From the NCBI GenBank assembly GCA_038523235.1, contig JBCBJQ010000008.1:1-64000 (forward strand): DNA of 64,000 nt. The letters run 5' to 3'. The DNA is from Cyanobacteria bacterium J06626_4 (lineage in GTDB: Bacteria; Cyanobacteriota; Cyanobacteriia; Phormidesmidales; Phormidesmidaceae). How positions within the stretch are numbered: position 1 is the first letter of the stretch; each line of letters opens with the position of its first letter. This document shows positions 1-9,951 of this stretch, piece by piece. Under the pieces are notes generated by a model. That model did not search any database, was not told the DNA's origin, and saw only the letters and a program-made list of their open reading frames with translations. A program made the position numbers and the translations under genes.

Positions 1-3000
1 CAGGTTGTCATTACCCGCACCGCCTTGAAGGACATCATCGCCGTCACCGCCTTCCAGGGTGTCATTACCACCCGCCGTTTGCAGGATGTCGTTACCCGCT
101 TCCCCCAGCAGTTTGACGGCTCGATTTTCTGTAGACGTAAAGGTATCGTTGCCTGCGTTACCTTGAACCTGTTCCAAGTTCGCGGCATCGACATCTAAGG
201 TAGTGTCGGTCGCGGTTTGGACAATCCCGACGTCATAGCCCTCTCCGCCATCCACGCTGTCAGCGGCATCAAAGTGCAGGGTGTCATTACCGCTGCCCCC
301 TGCCAAGATGTCCGCTCCGGCATCGCCCGCCAGGTTGTCATTACCCGCACCGCCTTGAAGGACATCATCGCCCGCGCCACCAATGAGAATGTCGTTGCCG
401 GTACCCGCTGCGATCGCATCATCACCCGCGCCGCCATCCAGATATTCATGGCCGGTGCCGCCAGTAATAATATCGTCGCCGCCTTCACCGTAGATACTGA
501 CGCTGTCGGCGGTGGAGTTGGTAAAGGTATCGGCAGCTTCAGTTCCGTAGGCGAGTTCAATGGCGTTAGCACCTAAGTCTAGGGTGACTCCGGTATCGCC
601 TTGAGCCCGCGCGACATCGTAGCCGTCGCCGCCCTCCACCACGGTATCTGCCGCATCAAAGTGCAAGGTATCGCTGCCCGCACCGCCAGAGAGCTCGTCT
701 GCGCCCGCGCCGCCGATAAGGTTGTCATTACCGTCTCCGCCTTGAAGGACATCATCCCCCGCGTTGCCTTCTAGCAAGTCGTTGCCGCCCTCACCACTGA
801 GGATATCGACCCCGTCACCACCGAGCGCATAGTCATCTCCCGCACCGGCATTCACGACATCATCGCCGCTGCCCGCATCGAGATAGTCGCTAGCGACACC
901 ACCGGAGAGGGTATCATTGCCACCCTTACCGAACACGATAACGCGCTCAGCTCCGGCTTGTCCCTGCCCGTCAGTATGGCTGAAAACATCGTCGCCTTCG
1001 TTGCCGTGGGCCTCATCAAAGCTATTGGCACCGAGGTCCAGGCTGACGCCGTCGGTGGTTTCCACGATCGCCACATCATAGCCTTCGCCACCCGTTACGA
1101 CGGTATCTGCCGCATCGAAGAAGACCACATCATTACCGCTGCCACCATCCAGAGCATCTACTCCGGCCCCGCCACTGATGACATCATCGCCAGCGCCACC
1201 GCTAACAACATCATCGCCAGCGCCGCCGGCGAGCCAGCCATCATCGTCGGCACCGCCGTCTAAGGTATCGTTGCCCGCGCCCCCTTCTAGGACGTCAATA
1301 CCGGCGCCCCCTTCTAGGATGTCATTATCCGCACCGCCATTGAGGTAATCATCGCCCTCGGCGCCCTGCAAAGTATCCTCTCCGGCATCGCCAAAAAGCA
1401 CATCATTTCCGGCTTGGCCTGCCAGAAAGTCGTTTTCATCCCCCCCTTCTAAGACGTCGTGACCGTCACCGCCTTCCAGGATGTCGTTGCCAGCGCCCCC
1501 TTTCAGCACATCTTCATGGGCACCGCCTAAGAGGGTATCTTGACCCTCGCCCCCTTCTAGGATGTCAAATCCGTCATGACCTTCTAGCCAATCGTCGCCC
1601 GCGTCGCCTTGCAGGGTATCGTTATCGAGACCGCCTTTTAGAGTGTCGTTACCACTGCCCCCAGCGAGATAATCGTGACCGTCACCGCCGGCGATGAGGT
1701 CGTCACCCTCATTGCCCAGCAGGGAGTCGTCACCAGCATCCCCAGAAATCAGGTCGTCGCCGGCGCCCCCTTCCGCATAATCGACGCCCGCGCCTCCCTG
1801 TAGGGTGTCCGACCCAGAGCCGCCTTTTAGGGTGTCGTTACCGCTGCCGCCGACTACTAGATCTTGGCCCTCTCCGCCATCTAGCAGGTCGTTGCCGGCT
1901 TCCCCGAAGAGCTGGTCAGCGCCCGCATCCCCGAGTAGAGTGTCATTTTCGGTGCCGCCAAATATAGTGTCGTTGCCCGTACCGCCAGAAGCAATGTCGT
2001 GCCCCGCACCAGATTCAATCCAGTCGTCGCCGTCGCCACCCGCCAGCCAGTAATCGTCGCCGTCGCCACCGCTGAGGCGATCGCTCCCCGCATCCCCGAA
2101 TAGCACATCATTGCCAGTACCGCCTTCGAGGGTATCGTTATCTTCCCCGCCGGACAGGACATCATCGCCCGCGTCACCGTAGAGGGTATCTTGTCCCAGA
2201 CCGCCGGAGAGCCAGTTGTCGTTGCCCGCGCCCCCGCGAATCAAGTCAGCGCCAGCACCGCCGACGATCGCATCCATGCCGTCATTGCCGTCGAGGATAT
2301 CGTTGCCCTCACCCCCATCGAGGTAATCGTGACCGTCGCCTCCGGCGATCGTGTCAGCACCCGCTTCGCCAGCCAGCGCATCTTGGCCGGTACCGCCGAG
2401 GATGAGGTCATTGCCTGCATCCCCGTGGATATCATCGTCACCGTCATTGCCTTCGAGGATGTCATCGCCTTCACCACCGCTGAGGTGATCGATGCCTTCA
2501 CCGCCATAGAGCTGGTCGTTGCCAAGGCCACCAATCATGATGTCGTCGTCGGCACCGCCAAACAGGGTGTCCTGGCCACTGCCACCATCCATTACATCGT
2601 GGCCAGCTTCACCGTACAGAGCGTCGTCACCGTCGCCGCCGCTCATCCAGTAGTCATCGCCCGCGCCGCCGATGAGCACGTCCTGTCCTTCATGGCCGGT
2701 CAGAATGTCGTTGCCGCTGCCACCAAGCACCGTGTCATTGCCCGCACCGCCGTGGAGTTGGTCATGACCCGCGCCGCCATCAACCCGGTCATCTCCAGCG
2801 CCACCATCACCAATGTCATCCCCGGCCCCCCCGTAGAGTTCGTCATGGCCCAGGCCACCGGTCATGATGTCATTGTCATCCCCGCCGTTGAGGGTGTCAT
2901 TGCCCTCCCCACCTTCGAGGATGTCGTTGCCCGCATCCCCATTGATGACGTCATCACCGCTGCCACCCGCAAGCCAGTAGTCGTTGCCCACACCGCCGTT

Positions 3001-3414
3001 GATCGTGTCATTGCCCGCGCCGCCAAATGCCGCATCATGACCCCAGCTCGCCAGGATGACATCGTGCCCTTCGCCGCCAAACAGCAGGTCATTGAAGGTT
3101 TTTGTGGTGTTGGCTAACGGGACGACGGGTGAATTGTTATCGAATTCATTGCCTGTGCCCAGAGGCATGACATACACATAAGTGCCGTCAGTGGTATCTA
3201 GAGTCCAGCCACTGCCCTGGTCATAGTCACCATGAAGCAGGTCGTGCCCGGCATCGCCAGATAACACATCATCGCCTTCGCCACCCGCAACTAGGTCATT
3301 ACCGCCCTGGCCGCTCAACCAAATATCGTTGCCTTCATAGCCTTGAATTTCATCTAATTCAGCGTCACCAATTAATACGTCATTCAAGACGCTGCCGTTT
3401 AATAAATTACCCAT
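1..3414 (-). CDS. Large RTX/hemolysin-type calcium-binding repeat protein (3' end outside window, >1138 aa)
   Basis: ATG at 3414 reads MGNLFNGSVLNDVLIGDAELDEIQGYEGND..., followed by dozens of GGxGxDxLx nonapeptides. The frame was checked at the start, near 841 and at position 1. It is absent from the ORF track because there is no stop in the window. Confidence 0.92.
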   Translation of the reverse strand, partial: MGNLLNGSVLNDVLIGDAELDEIQGYEGNDIWLSGQGGNDLVAGGEGDDVLSGDAGHDLLHGDYDQGSGWTLDTTDGTYVYVMPLGTGNEFDNNSPVVPLANTTKTFNDLLFGGEGHDVILASWGHDAAFGGAGNDTINGGVGNDYWLAGGSGDDVINGDAGNDILEGGEGNDTLNGGDDNDIMTGGLGHDELYGGAGDDIGDGGAGDDRVDGGAGHDQLHGGAGNDTVLGGSGNDILTGHEGQDVLIGGAGDDYWMSGGDGDDALYGEAGHDVMDGGSGQDTLFGGADDDIMIGGLGNDQLYGGEGIDHLSGGEGDDILEGNDGDDDIHGDAGNDLILGGTGQDALAGEAGADTIAGGDGHDYLDGGEGNDILDGNDGMDAIVGGAGADLIRGGAGNDNWLSGGLGQDTLYGDAGDDVLSGGEDNDTLEGGTGNDVLFGDAGSDRLSGGDGDDYWLAGGDGDDWIESGAGHDIASGGTGNDTIFGGTENDTLLGDAGADQLFGEAGNDLLDGGEGQDLVVGGSGNDTLKGGSGSDTLQGGAGVDYAEGGAGDDLISGDAGDDSLLGNEGDDLIAGGDGHDYLAGGSGNDTLKGGLDNDTLQGDAGDDWLEGHDGFDILEGGEGQDTLLGGAHEDVLKGGAGNDILEGGDGHDVLEGGDENDFLAGQAGNDVLFGDAGEDTLQGAEGDDYLNGGADNDILEGGAGIDVLEGGAGNDTLDGGADDDGWLAGGAGDDVVSGGAGDDVISGGAGVDALDGGSGNDVVFFDAADTVVTGGEGYDVAIVETTDGVSLDLGANSFDEAHGNEGDDVFSHTDGQGQAGAERVIVFGKGGNDTLSGGVASDYLDAGSGDDVVNAGAGDDYALGGDGVDILSGEGGNDLLEGNAGDDVLQGGDGNDNLIGGAGADELSGGAGSDTLHFDAADTVVEGGDGYDVARAQGDTGVTLDLGANAIELAYGTEAADTFTNSTADSVSIYGEGGDDIITGGTGHEYLDGGAGDDAIAAGTGNDILIGGAGDDVLQGGAGNDNLAGDAGADILAGGSGNDTLHFDAADSVDGGEGYDVGIVQTATDTTLDVDAANLEQVQGNAGNDTFTSTENRAVKLLGEAGNDILQTAGGNDTLEGGDGDDVLQGGAGNDNL

Positions 3415-3960
3415 GTCGAAACCTGTATCACTACTCGGTGTGGCGATTGCGATTACGATTCACAATCTCCGGTTGGTAACGACACCCCGATTAAATATGC
3501 GACTTAATGTATTGACTCAAAAGAGAAGAATTATCGTGTCTGAGTCGAGTTAAGCCTCATCGCAATATCCCTGGAGAGAAGCCTTAAAATTAGCGATCTA
3601 TTGCCCTATCTATAGATTGCCCTTGGGTAAGCTAATGCAACTCAGTAAAAGCGACTGTTTATGCAGAAATAAATTGCTTGATATCTGTATTTATTTCAGC
3701 AAAGACAGTAGTAGCACTGAATTTTGGGGTGTCAAAGTTGGCGATATGTTTGGCCACGGAGGCAGCCGCGATCGCCACATTTTTTTGATAGATGCAAATG
3801 ATAGTCAGCCACTTATACTCAAATGTGAATAGCTTCTGAAACCAGTTTTTTGCTGGAACTGAAAATAGTCTTTCCAGAGCTGCTGTGCTGTCACATTTCT
3901 ACTATGACAAGGGCCTGTCATTGATCCTGTTCAAGATGTGTTTGACTTAGTGCAAATGCG

Positions 3961-4537
3961 TTAAACCTCATCCAGATTCAGAAGTGGAGTTTTGCCTCCG
4001 CTTCAACCTCACCGCCTGCGGCACCTCTCCTTCCAAAGGAGAGGTTTAGTCACGAACTGCGCTACGGTCTGACTCGAATTCGGCGGCGGATCCGGTTCCT
4101 CTCCTTGAGAAGGAGAGGCTAGGTGAGGTTTTTGGCGATCGCTCAAAACTAAAGTTTTCAACTTGGACGTGGTTTAGTCCCCCAATTCTGGGAGGAAACC
4201 GGAGTTCAAAGTCCCCCAAACTTGATACCAATGTCGAAATCAACGTATGGAAACATGGGTGGTGACATTGAGGTTTTCGAGGCCCCCCCAGCCCCCAAAT
4301 TTGGGGGAGCAAGATCCGGTCTCCCCCAGAATTGGGGGACGGAAGGGGGCATACAGAGCCTTTGCGACATTGCAAAATATTTCGCCAACAGTATCAAACT
4401 TGGGGGATTTAGGGGGCTAACTTACGGGCAAGCGGTGACAGAAAACTTATGTGTACGTAGTGGCCTTTTCAAAGAGAGGTTAAGAGAGGTTTTCCCAAGC
4501 AAGCACAACTCCAGTTTTCAACTTGGACGTGGTTTAA
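3961..4537. mobile_element. Cluster of nested miniature inverted-repeat elements
   Basis: 24-nt direct repeat AGTTTTCAACTTGGACGTGGTTTA at 4153 and 4513, imperfectly inverted to TTAAACCTCATCCAGATT at 3961. Hairpins CCTCTCC-N7-GGAGAGG at 4024 and 4098, plus CCCCCAAA..TTGGGGG palindromes. Confidence 0.75.
4224..4395. mobile_element. ~172-bp MITE inserted into a palindromic repeat
   Basis: Imperfect TIRs GATACcaatgtCGAAAT / ATTTCGccaacaGTATC; flanking duplication AAACTT at 4218-4223 and 4396-4401. Confidence 0.75.
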
Positions 4538-4708
4538 AACGCAAGGTATTGCCATCAAGGCTGGGGAAAGGCAAGTGACATCCTAGGCTTTGGTCTTCAG
4601 AACTTTCTCTTTTGCCCTATGCATAATGCTAAGTGCGCTAAAGAAGAGAGAAGACATTGCTCTAATCCAGATCTTCCGCTTTGCTGAGTGCCATTTATTT
4701 GTCACAAA

Positions 4709-7075
4709 TCAGGTCGGCAGCATACTCAAAATATAGTGATTTTCGCCGAGCACAGTTTGATTCTCATCTTGAATAACTGCTGTCAACTGGTATTCGCCAG
4801 GATGATCGGGCATAAACTCAATTTGGTCTAATCGTTTCAGGGCATCAGCAGACACATTAAAAGCAAGGGTCGTTTCGCGAATGAGGCGATCGCCCTCATG
4901 AATCGTGTAGATCAGGGTGGCATTGTGCAACGGTTGCCAGGTATCGTTAATGGCCCACAATCGAATGGGAATCGCAGTCCCGACCGGTTGCGGAAAAGCG
5001 GGGGTCTCAATGCTAGGCAAAATCGGTTGATACGCAGTTTGTAAACCGGCATAACCAGCCTTGGGGGTGCGCCAATAGTCCACCATGCCCCAACTGATGG
5101 AAGGCCACGGCTCGCAAAACATAAATTGGAAAATGGCTGATACGGGTTGATAACGCTGCCGACGGTAAGCCTCTGCCGCATACTGATGCAAGCGCGCCTG
5201 GTAGGTTTGCGTGTTGTGGACAAATTCTTCTAGCGTGCTGCCCTGATCAATTTGGGCTAATTCAAACGTCTCGCGAGGCTGAAAGTTGCGATATTGCCAC
5301 TCTGCCCAATCGGCCTCAGTTTGGGGCCACAGGTATTCGGGGGCAAATATCCGTTCCAGCGCCGGAATGTCGGGCAAGGCTTGCGCCCCAAACTCAGTAA
5401 TCAGAGGATGATCGGTCGGCTCAGCATACTTTTCGTAGGTGTTGGAATACCAGCCCCACCAGGGATGCTCTGCCAAGATGGACGCCGGATGCAGATACCG
5501 GGTTGGGTCTTCAGGGCTTAGTGCTTGGTACAGCACCTGATTTAAGCCCCGGTTATGATCAGAATCATAACTCTCGTATTGATCAGCCATCCAAAAGGCA
5601 TTCCACGGCGGCTCGTTATGCAAGCTCCAGACAAAGATCGAGGGGTGATTGTAGAGCTGCGCTATCATCGAGCGCCCCTGCCTGATGGCCTCATTGGCAA
5701 ACGTGGGGGTGTCTTCGTAGCCCCACTGCAACGGGAAATCTTGCCACACCAACACCCCCGCTTCATCCGCCAGGTCGTAAAAGTCGGGAGCAGTCACGTG
5801 GGCATGAACCCGGACCGCATTAATGTGAGCCCCTTGCATGAGTTGAATATCTTGCTGCAAGCGATCGCGCGTTAACTGGCTCAGCCACTGATCAGGAATG
5901 TAGTTGGTGCCCTTGAGGAACAGGCGACGGCCATTCAGCTTAAACCAATGTTGATTGGGGTCCCGTTCAATGGTGCGAAAGCCAAAGCGGGTAGCGTCAG
6001 CATCGAGTAGGCGATCGCCCGCCCAAATCTGCACCCGCAGTTCATATAAATTGGGCTGACCATGATCCCACGTCCACCAAAGGTGTGGGTTTGGCTGAGG
6101 AATATCTAGGGTAAGTTGGTCTTCCCCCGGTGCCAGGGTTTGGGTCAGGCCAAAGACCTCACCCTCAGGAGCGTCAAAGTTTACCGGCAGCAGTTGCGCT
6201 TTGACCAGGGTCGTGACGGCGCGCTCCGGATCAGTGGCCACATTCACTTGCACATGGGCGATCGCCGATCGAGGATAGCGAGTCATGTCAGGCGTTACCT
6301 GTACCTGCTGAATGGCCAGAGTTTGGCTGCCCCGCAGCATGACAGGAGCCCAAATGCCGCCGGTATTTTTTTCTTGGCCGCGATCGCTCCACGCTCCCCC
6401 CGGACGGGCATCATGGTGAGACAACACCCCCTTAATTAATCGTTTGTACAGCGACCAATCTTGGGGAGCCGACTCTAAGGGACTATTGACGCGCACCACC
6501 AGCTCATTCTCCTCATCCCGCTGAATCACCTCAGAAACGGGAAAGTCGAATGGCTGAAAATACCCCTCATGGAACCCTAAATATTGGCCGTTGAGCCACA
6601 CATCGGCCGCATAGTCCACGCCCTGAAAAATTAGCGTTAAGCGCTCTGGCAAAGACTCATCGACGCTAAAAGTGGTGCGGTACCAGGCAACGCCAGAGAT
6701 GTCGTAGCCCTCGGTGTACCAATTAGCGGGAACCGCGATCGCTTGCCCCGGAGACCAATCAAAGTCGGGTAGCTCCGATGCCGGGAGTAAAGTGGTAGTA
6801 GCTGCCGAATCGGGCAAAAACTGCCACTCTCCGTCTAACGATTGCACCGGCACCGACAAGGTCTCAGCAGGGAGAACGGATAAGTTTGTTGATTGATGGC
6901 CCCAGCTACCCGGCACCCCAATTAACCAGCAGAGCAAGAGTCCGATGGCAACACCCCAGATGGGATGGCGGCGCGATCGCAGCCAACTATAAGAGAACTC
7001 GCTTTCCAAGTTCCGCGTTCTTAAGGAAGTAAACAAAGAGGAGAGAAGCCCAAATGATACACGCTGCCAAAACAT
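4709..7075 (-). CDS. Glycoside hydrolase family 2 (beta-galactosidase/beta-mannosidase-like), probably exported
   Basis: Sugar-binding domain (WYRTTF, FQGVDYAADVWLNG), Ig-like WWTWDHGQPNLY, TIM barrel with WSLHNEP acid/base and ITEFG nucleophile motifs, and an N-terminal hydrophobic stretch. The start codon is uncertain. Confidence 0.88.
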   Translation of the reverse strand: MFWQRVSFGLLSSLFTSLRTRNLESEFSYSWLRSRRHPIWGVAIGLLLCWLIGVPGSWGHQSTNLSVLPAETLSVPVQSLDGEWQFLPDSAATTTLLPASELPDFDWSPGQAIAVPANWYTEGYDISGVAWYRTTFSVDESLPERLTLIFQGVDYAADVWLNGQYLGFHEGYFQPFDFPVSEVIQRDEENELVVRVNSPLESAPQDWSLYKRLIKGVLSHHDARPGGAWSDRGQEKNTGGIWAPVMLRGSQTLAIQQVQVTPDMTRYPRSAIAHVQVNVATDPERAVTTLVKAQLLPVNFDAPEGEVFGLTQTLAPGEDQLTLDIPQPNPHLWWTWDHGQPNLYELRVQIWAGDRLLDADATRFGFRTIERDPNQHWFKLNGRRLFLKGTNYIPDQWLSQLTRDRLQQDIQLMQGAHINAVRVHAHVTAPDFYDLADEAGVLVWQDFPLQWGYEDTPTFANEAIRQGRSMIAQLYNHPSIFVWSLHNEPPWNAFWMADQYESYDSDHNRGLNQVLYQALSPEDPTRYLHPASILAEHPWWGWYSNTYEKYAEPTDHPLITEFGAQALPDIPALERIFAPEYLWPQTEADWAEWQYRNFQPRETFELAQIDQGSTLEEFVHNTQTYQARLHQYAAEAYRRQRYQPVSAIFQFMFCEPWPSISWGMVDYWRTPKAGYAGLQTAYQPILPSIETPAFPQPVGTAIPIRLWAINDTWQPLHNATLIYTIHEGDRLIRETTLAFNVSADALKRLDQIEFMPDHPGEYQLTAVIQDENQTVLGENHYILSMLPT

Positions 7076-7077
7076 CT

Positions 7078-9183
7078 TCAATGACCCATAAAGTTGGCTT
7101 CTAAAATCGAAAAATCATCATCTAAAGTGGGCATGAAGTTAACTTTTTGTACCGCTGCCAACAATTGATCTAATTTGGTGGCAGCAGTCGCAACATGTTT
7201 TTCTAATAATGCTTGCCACGCCTCAAAGCCTAAAATTTTGCCACTGCTATCCAGCGGGATTTCAAAGACACCGTCGCTAAAAATATATAAGCGACTATGA
7301 GGAGGGACAACCACCTGCTGCGCCTCAAACGGGAAGTCTGGAAAGAGGCCAACGGCAATGCCATCACTACATAAGGACTGGGTTTTGATGCCATCCTCTG
7401 TCGCCGTTATGAGCAAACCTGGCGGGTGACCGGCTGTGGCATAGGTCAATTGCCCGGTAGATTCATGGTAGACGCCGTACCAAAGCGTAAAGTAGTCCTC
7501 CCCTTGGTCATTGACTTGAAAAACGTTGTTCAGCGCCGCCAAAACTGATTCTGGCTGATAGAAATTGGCACCTTTTAACGTTCGCTTCTGCAAAATATTT
7601 AAGATGGAAACCGATAATAAGGCCGATTTCACCCCGTGTCCCGCCACATCTAGTAGATAGAACACCAGATGATCTTCATCTAGTTTCATATAGTTAAAAA
7701 CATCGCCACCCAAGGTATTGGAAGGCTGAAACAAGGTTCGGCAAAAGACTGATTCCGCCAGATCAGACGGAGCCGAGTCTGCTGGCAATAAGGACTCAAC
7801 ATATTCTGCCGCTCGTTGCAGTTCTAATTTGAACTGTTGATTTTGGGCTTGCAATTGTTGCTCAGCCTGTCGTCGGAGCCAATATTGATTAAGCTGCCGC
7901 CCTAAGATGGTCATCAACCGCAGCATGTCTTGGTCGGGGGAAGGGGGATTTTGGCTGACGAGCATCACCATGCCAAGGCGGTGTTCTCGCTGACTGATCG
8001 GAATGCACAGAGCGGCAGAGAACTTAGCCAAGGCGGCCATGGGTTGCCGCACCGTCGAGCAGGCGTGAGGAAAGTTTTCGACCCAAAAAGGTGCCGTGGC
8101 ATTCCCAGCACTCCCAGGAATGCCCATCCCGCCCTCTAAGGTGATGTATTCTCCCAAATCGGCAAAGCGATTCACGTAGGGACGATTGACATGCCATGCT
8201 TCGCGCCGGGTGAGCAAATTTCGGGTCTCATCAATCTGCCAAAATTCGCCAAGTTGAAACTCTAAAGTGCCACACAGCGCCTGCATCACCCGTCGCACCG
8301 CCTTAACCGGATCGTGGGTATTCGCCAAAATTCGGGTAAAGGCATACTCTAATCGGCGATATTGCTCCTGGGTGGTACGTTCATGGATGTCTCTGAGTCG
8401 TCCGGCGACTTGGGGTGCTTGGTTGGCCATGGGTGGGGAAGCACAAAGCTGAATTTCCACCCAGCGCATCTGGCCATCTTGTCGCTGTCCGCGACTGCGA
8501 TATCGGTAAGAGGTTTCGGGATGTTGCCAAACCTCCGCTAATTGGGTGGTATGCCGAGCTTGCTCGTTTGGATGCAAAAATCTTTCTAACGGTTGACCAA
8601 TGCTGTCTTCCAGGCTGTAGCCCATAATGTCTGTCCAGACTGGATTCACAAACGTGAGGCGACCGTCGATATCCAGCTGGAAGATGACTTCTTGCAGCGT
8701 CGTCACCAGCGATCGATACCGCTCTTCGCTTTGGCGGAGCGATCGCTCTGCCAAAGCGGCTTCTAAGAGATACCGTACTCGGCCCACCAGCACAGGCATT
8801 TTGACCGGTTTACTGACGAAGTCCGTCGCCCCGGCTTCAAAGGCTTGGTTCACTGATTCTTCATCCCCTAAACCCGTCACCATCAAAATGGGGATGTGTC
8901 GTCCCCCGGGCAATTGGCGAATTGCCCGGCAGCATTCGAAGCCATCCATGCCAGGCATCCGAGCATCTAAAATCACCAACGCCGGGAGACAGGCTTGATA
9001 AACCTGCAGTCCCTCTATCCCTTGACTTGCTTCAAGAACTGAGTAGCCATGGCGAGTCAGCACCGCTTTCACAAAGGTGCGGGAGACCGCATCGTCATCA
9101 ACTAGCAAGATACTGTCGGTGCTGACTGCGGGCGGTGGTTGGAGCGTTGAAACTAATTCAGAAGTCGGAAGACTGGACGTCAT
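7078..9183 (-). CDS. REC-PAS-GAF-SpoIIE (PP2C) Ser/Thr phosphatase, RsbU/RsbP-like
   Basis: Receiver motifs ILLVDDD, LDARMPGMDG and KP; PAS and GAF domains; PP2C motifs LGGDVF, DVAGHG, AGHPP, SDGVFE and DDFS. Confidence 0.92.
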   Translation of the reverse strand: MTSSLPTSELVSTLQPPPAVSTDSILLVDDDAVSRTFVKAVLTRHGYSVLEASQGIEGLQVYQACLPALVILDARMPGMDGFECCRAIRQLPGGRHIPILMVTGLGDEESVNQAFEAGATDFVSKPVKMPVLVGRVRYLLEAALAERSLRQSEERYRSLVTTLQEVIFQLDIDGRLTFVNPVWTDIMGYSLEDSIGQPLERFLHPNEQARHTTQLAEVWQHPETSYRYRSRGQRQDGQMRWVEIQLCASPPMANQAPQVAGRLRDIHERTTQEQYRRLEYAFTRILANTHDPVKAVRRVMQALCGTLEFQLGEFWQIDETRNLLTRREAWHVNRPYVNRFADLGEYITLEGGMGIPGSAGNATAPFWVENFPHACSTVRQPMAALAKFSAALCIPISQREHRLGMVMLVSQNPPSPDQDMLRLMTILGRQLNQYWLRRQAEQQLQAQNQQFKLELQRAAEYVESLLPADSAPSDLAESVFCRTLFQPSNTLGGDVFNYMKLDEDHLVFYLLDVAGHGVKSALLSVSILNILQKRTLKGANFYQPESVLAALNNVFQVNDQGEDYFTLWYGVYHESTGQLTYATAGHPPGLLITATEDGIKTQSLCSDGIAVGLFPDFPFEAQQVVVPPHSRLYIFSDGVFEIPLDSSGKILGFEAWQALLEKHVATAATKLDQLLAAVQKVNFMPTLDDDFSILEANFMGH

Positions 9184-9663
9184 GGGAGGAAATGTTGCCT
9201 CACATTGCAAACAAAGTGAAATCGGTCTCGGTCAATGACGATCGCGATCATCAATCCGGTTGAGCATGGGAGATCGCGGCCACCAAAATTTGCCAGAGCC
9301 ATCAGCAGTCAATTCCTCAAATGCACGCGTCATCGTCCTTAGAAAAAGAGAAATTAGCCGTGCAGCTAATAACAGCTAATAATTTGGCACCAAAACGATA
9401 TTTCACTCTTCTGTTAGGTCAGAGGAGTTTCAGGATTTTGCCAAACAGAATTAATTGACAAGAGTTGAATTTCTGCAAAGTCATGATATTTACGGAATTT
9501 CATGGAAGCAGGTCAAAAAACTTCCGTAAAATCACGAATGCGATTCCTGAATGACTTATCAGATATGGTCTTTCTGGCATTCTTGATATTATTGGTATTT
9601 TCCTGAAAGCAAGGCCCTAGCGCGAAGATTAAAGTGGTTGTTTCAGGTTGAAAGTCAGAGTTC

Positions 9664-9840
9664 ATGAATCATGACGAGAACTTTCAGGGGCCGCCAACGG
9701 TTTGGGTCATCACCTCATTTGTCGGGGGTATTGCCACGGGCTTAGCCCTAATCTATGGCTTAGAAATGTTGGGAAATCGCCTCTCACCAACTAGCAAGAT
9801 TTCGCAAAACACCTCAGCAACCATTGTTCACGGTCTCTAG
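9664..9840 (+). CDS. Small 58-aa single-pass membrane protein
   Basis: MNHDENFQGPPTVWVITSFVGGIATGLALIYGLEMLGNRLSPTSKISQNTSATIVHGL*; one hydrophobic helix; co-oriented directly upstream of the DUF3131 gene; below the ORF-track cutoff. Confidence 0.55.
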   Translation: MNHDENFQGPPTVWVITSFVGGIATGLALIYGLEMLGNRLSPTSKISQNTSATIVHGL

Positions 9841-9951
9841 CTAAGAAAGCACTTCATTTCTGAAGCTTTAAGGGCGAGTCTGTCTCTCTATCAAAAGGTG
9901 GTTAACTCACCCCGATATTTCCTTCTTCACCAGGTGGTGTATCTCGTGTTA

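Noticed and set aside
195..3117. ORF-track entries such as 2191..3117 (+) and 217..576 (+)
   Set aside because: Antisense or off-frame shadows of the repetitive RTX gene.
4046..4578. Short ORFs over the G/C palindromes
   Set aside because: They are translations of miniature repeat elements with no protein-family features.
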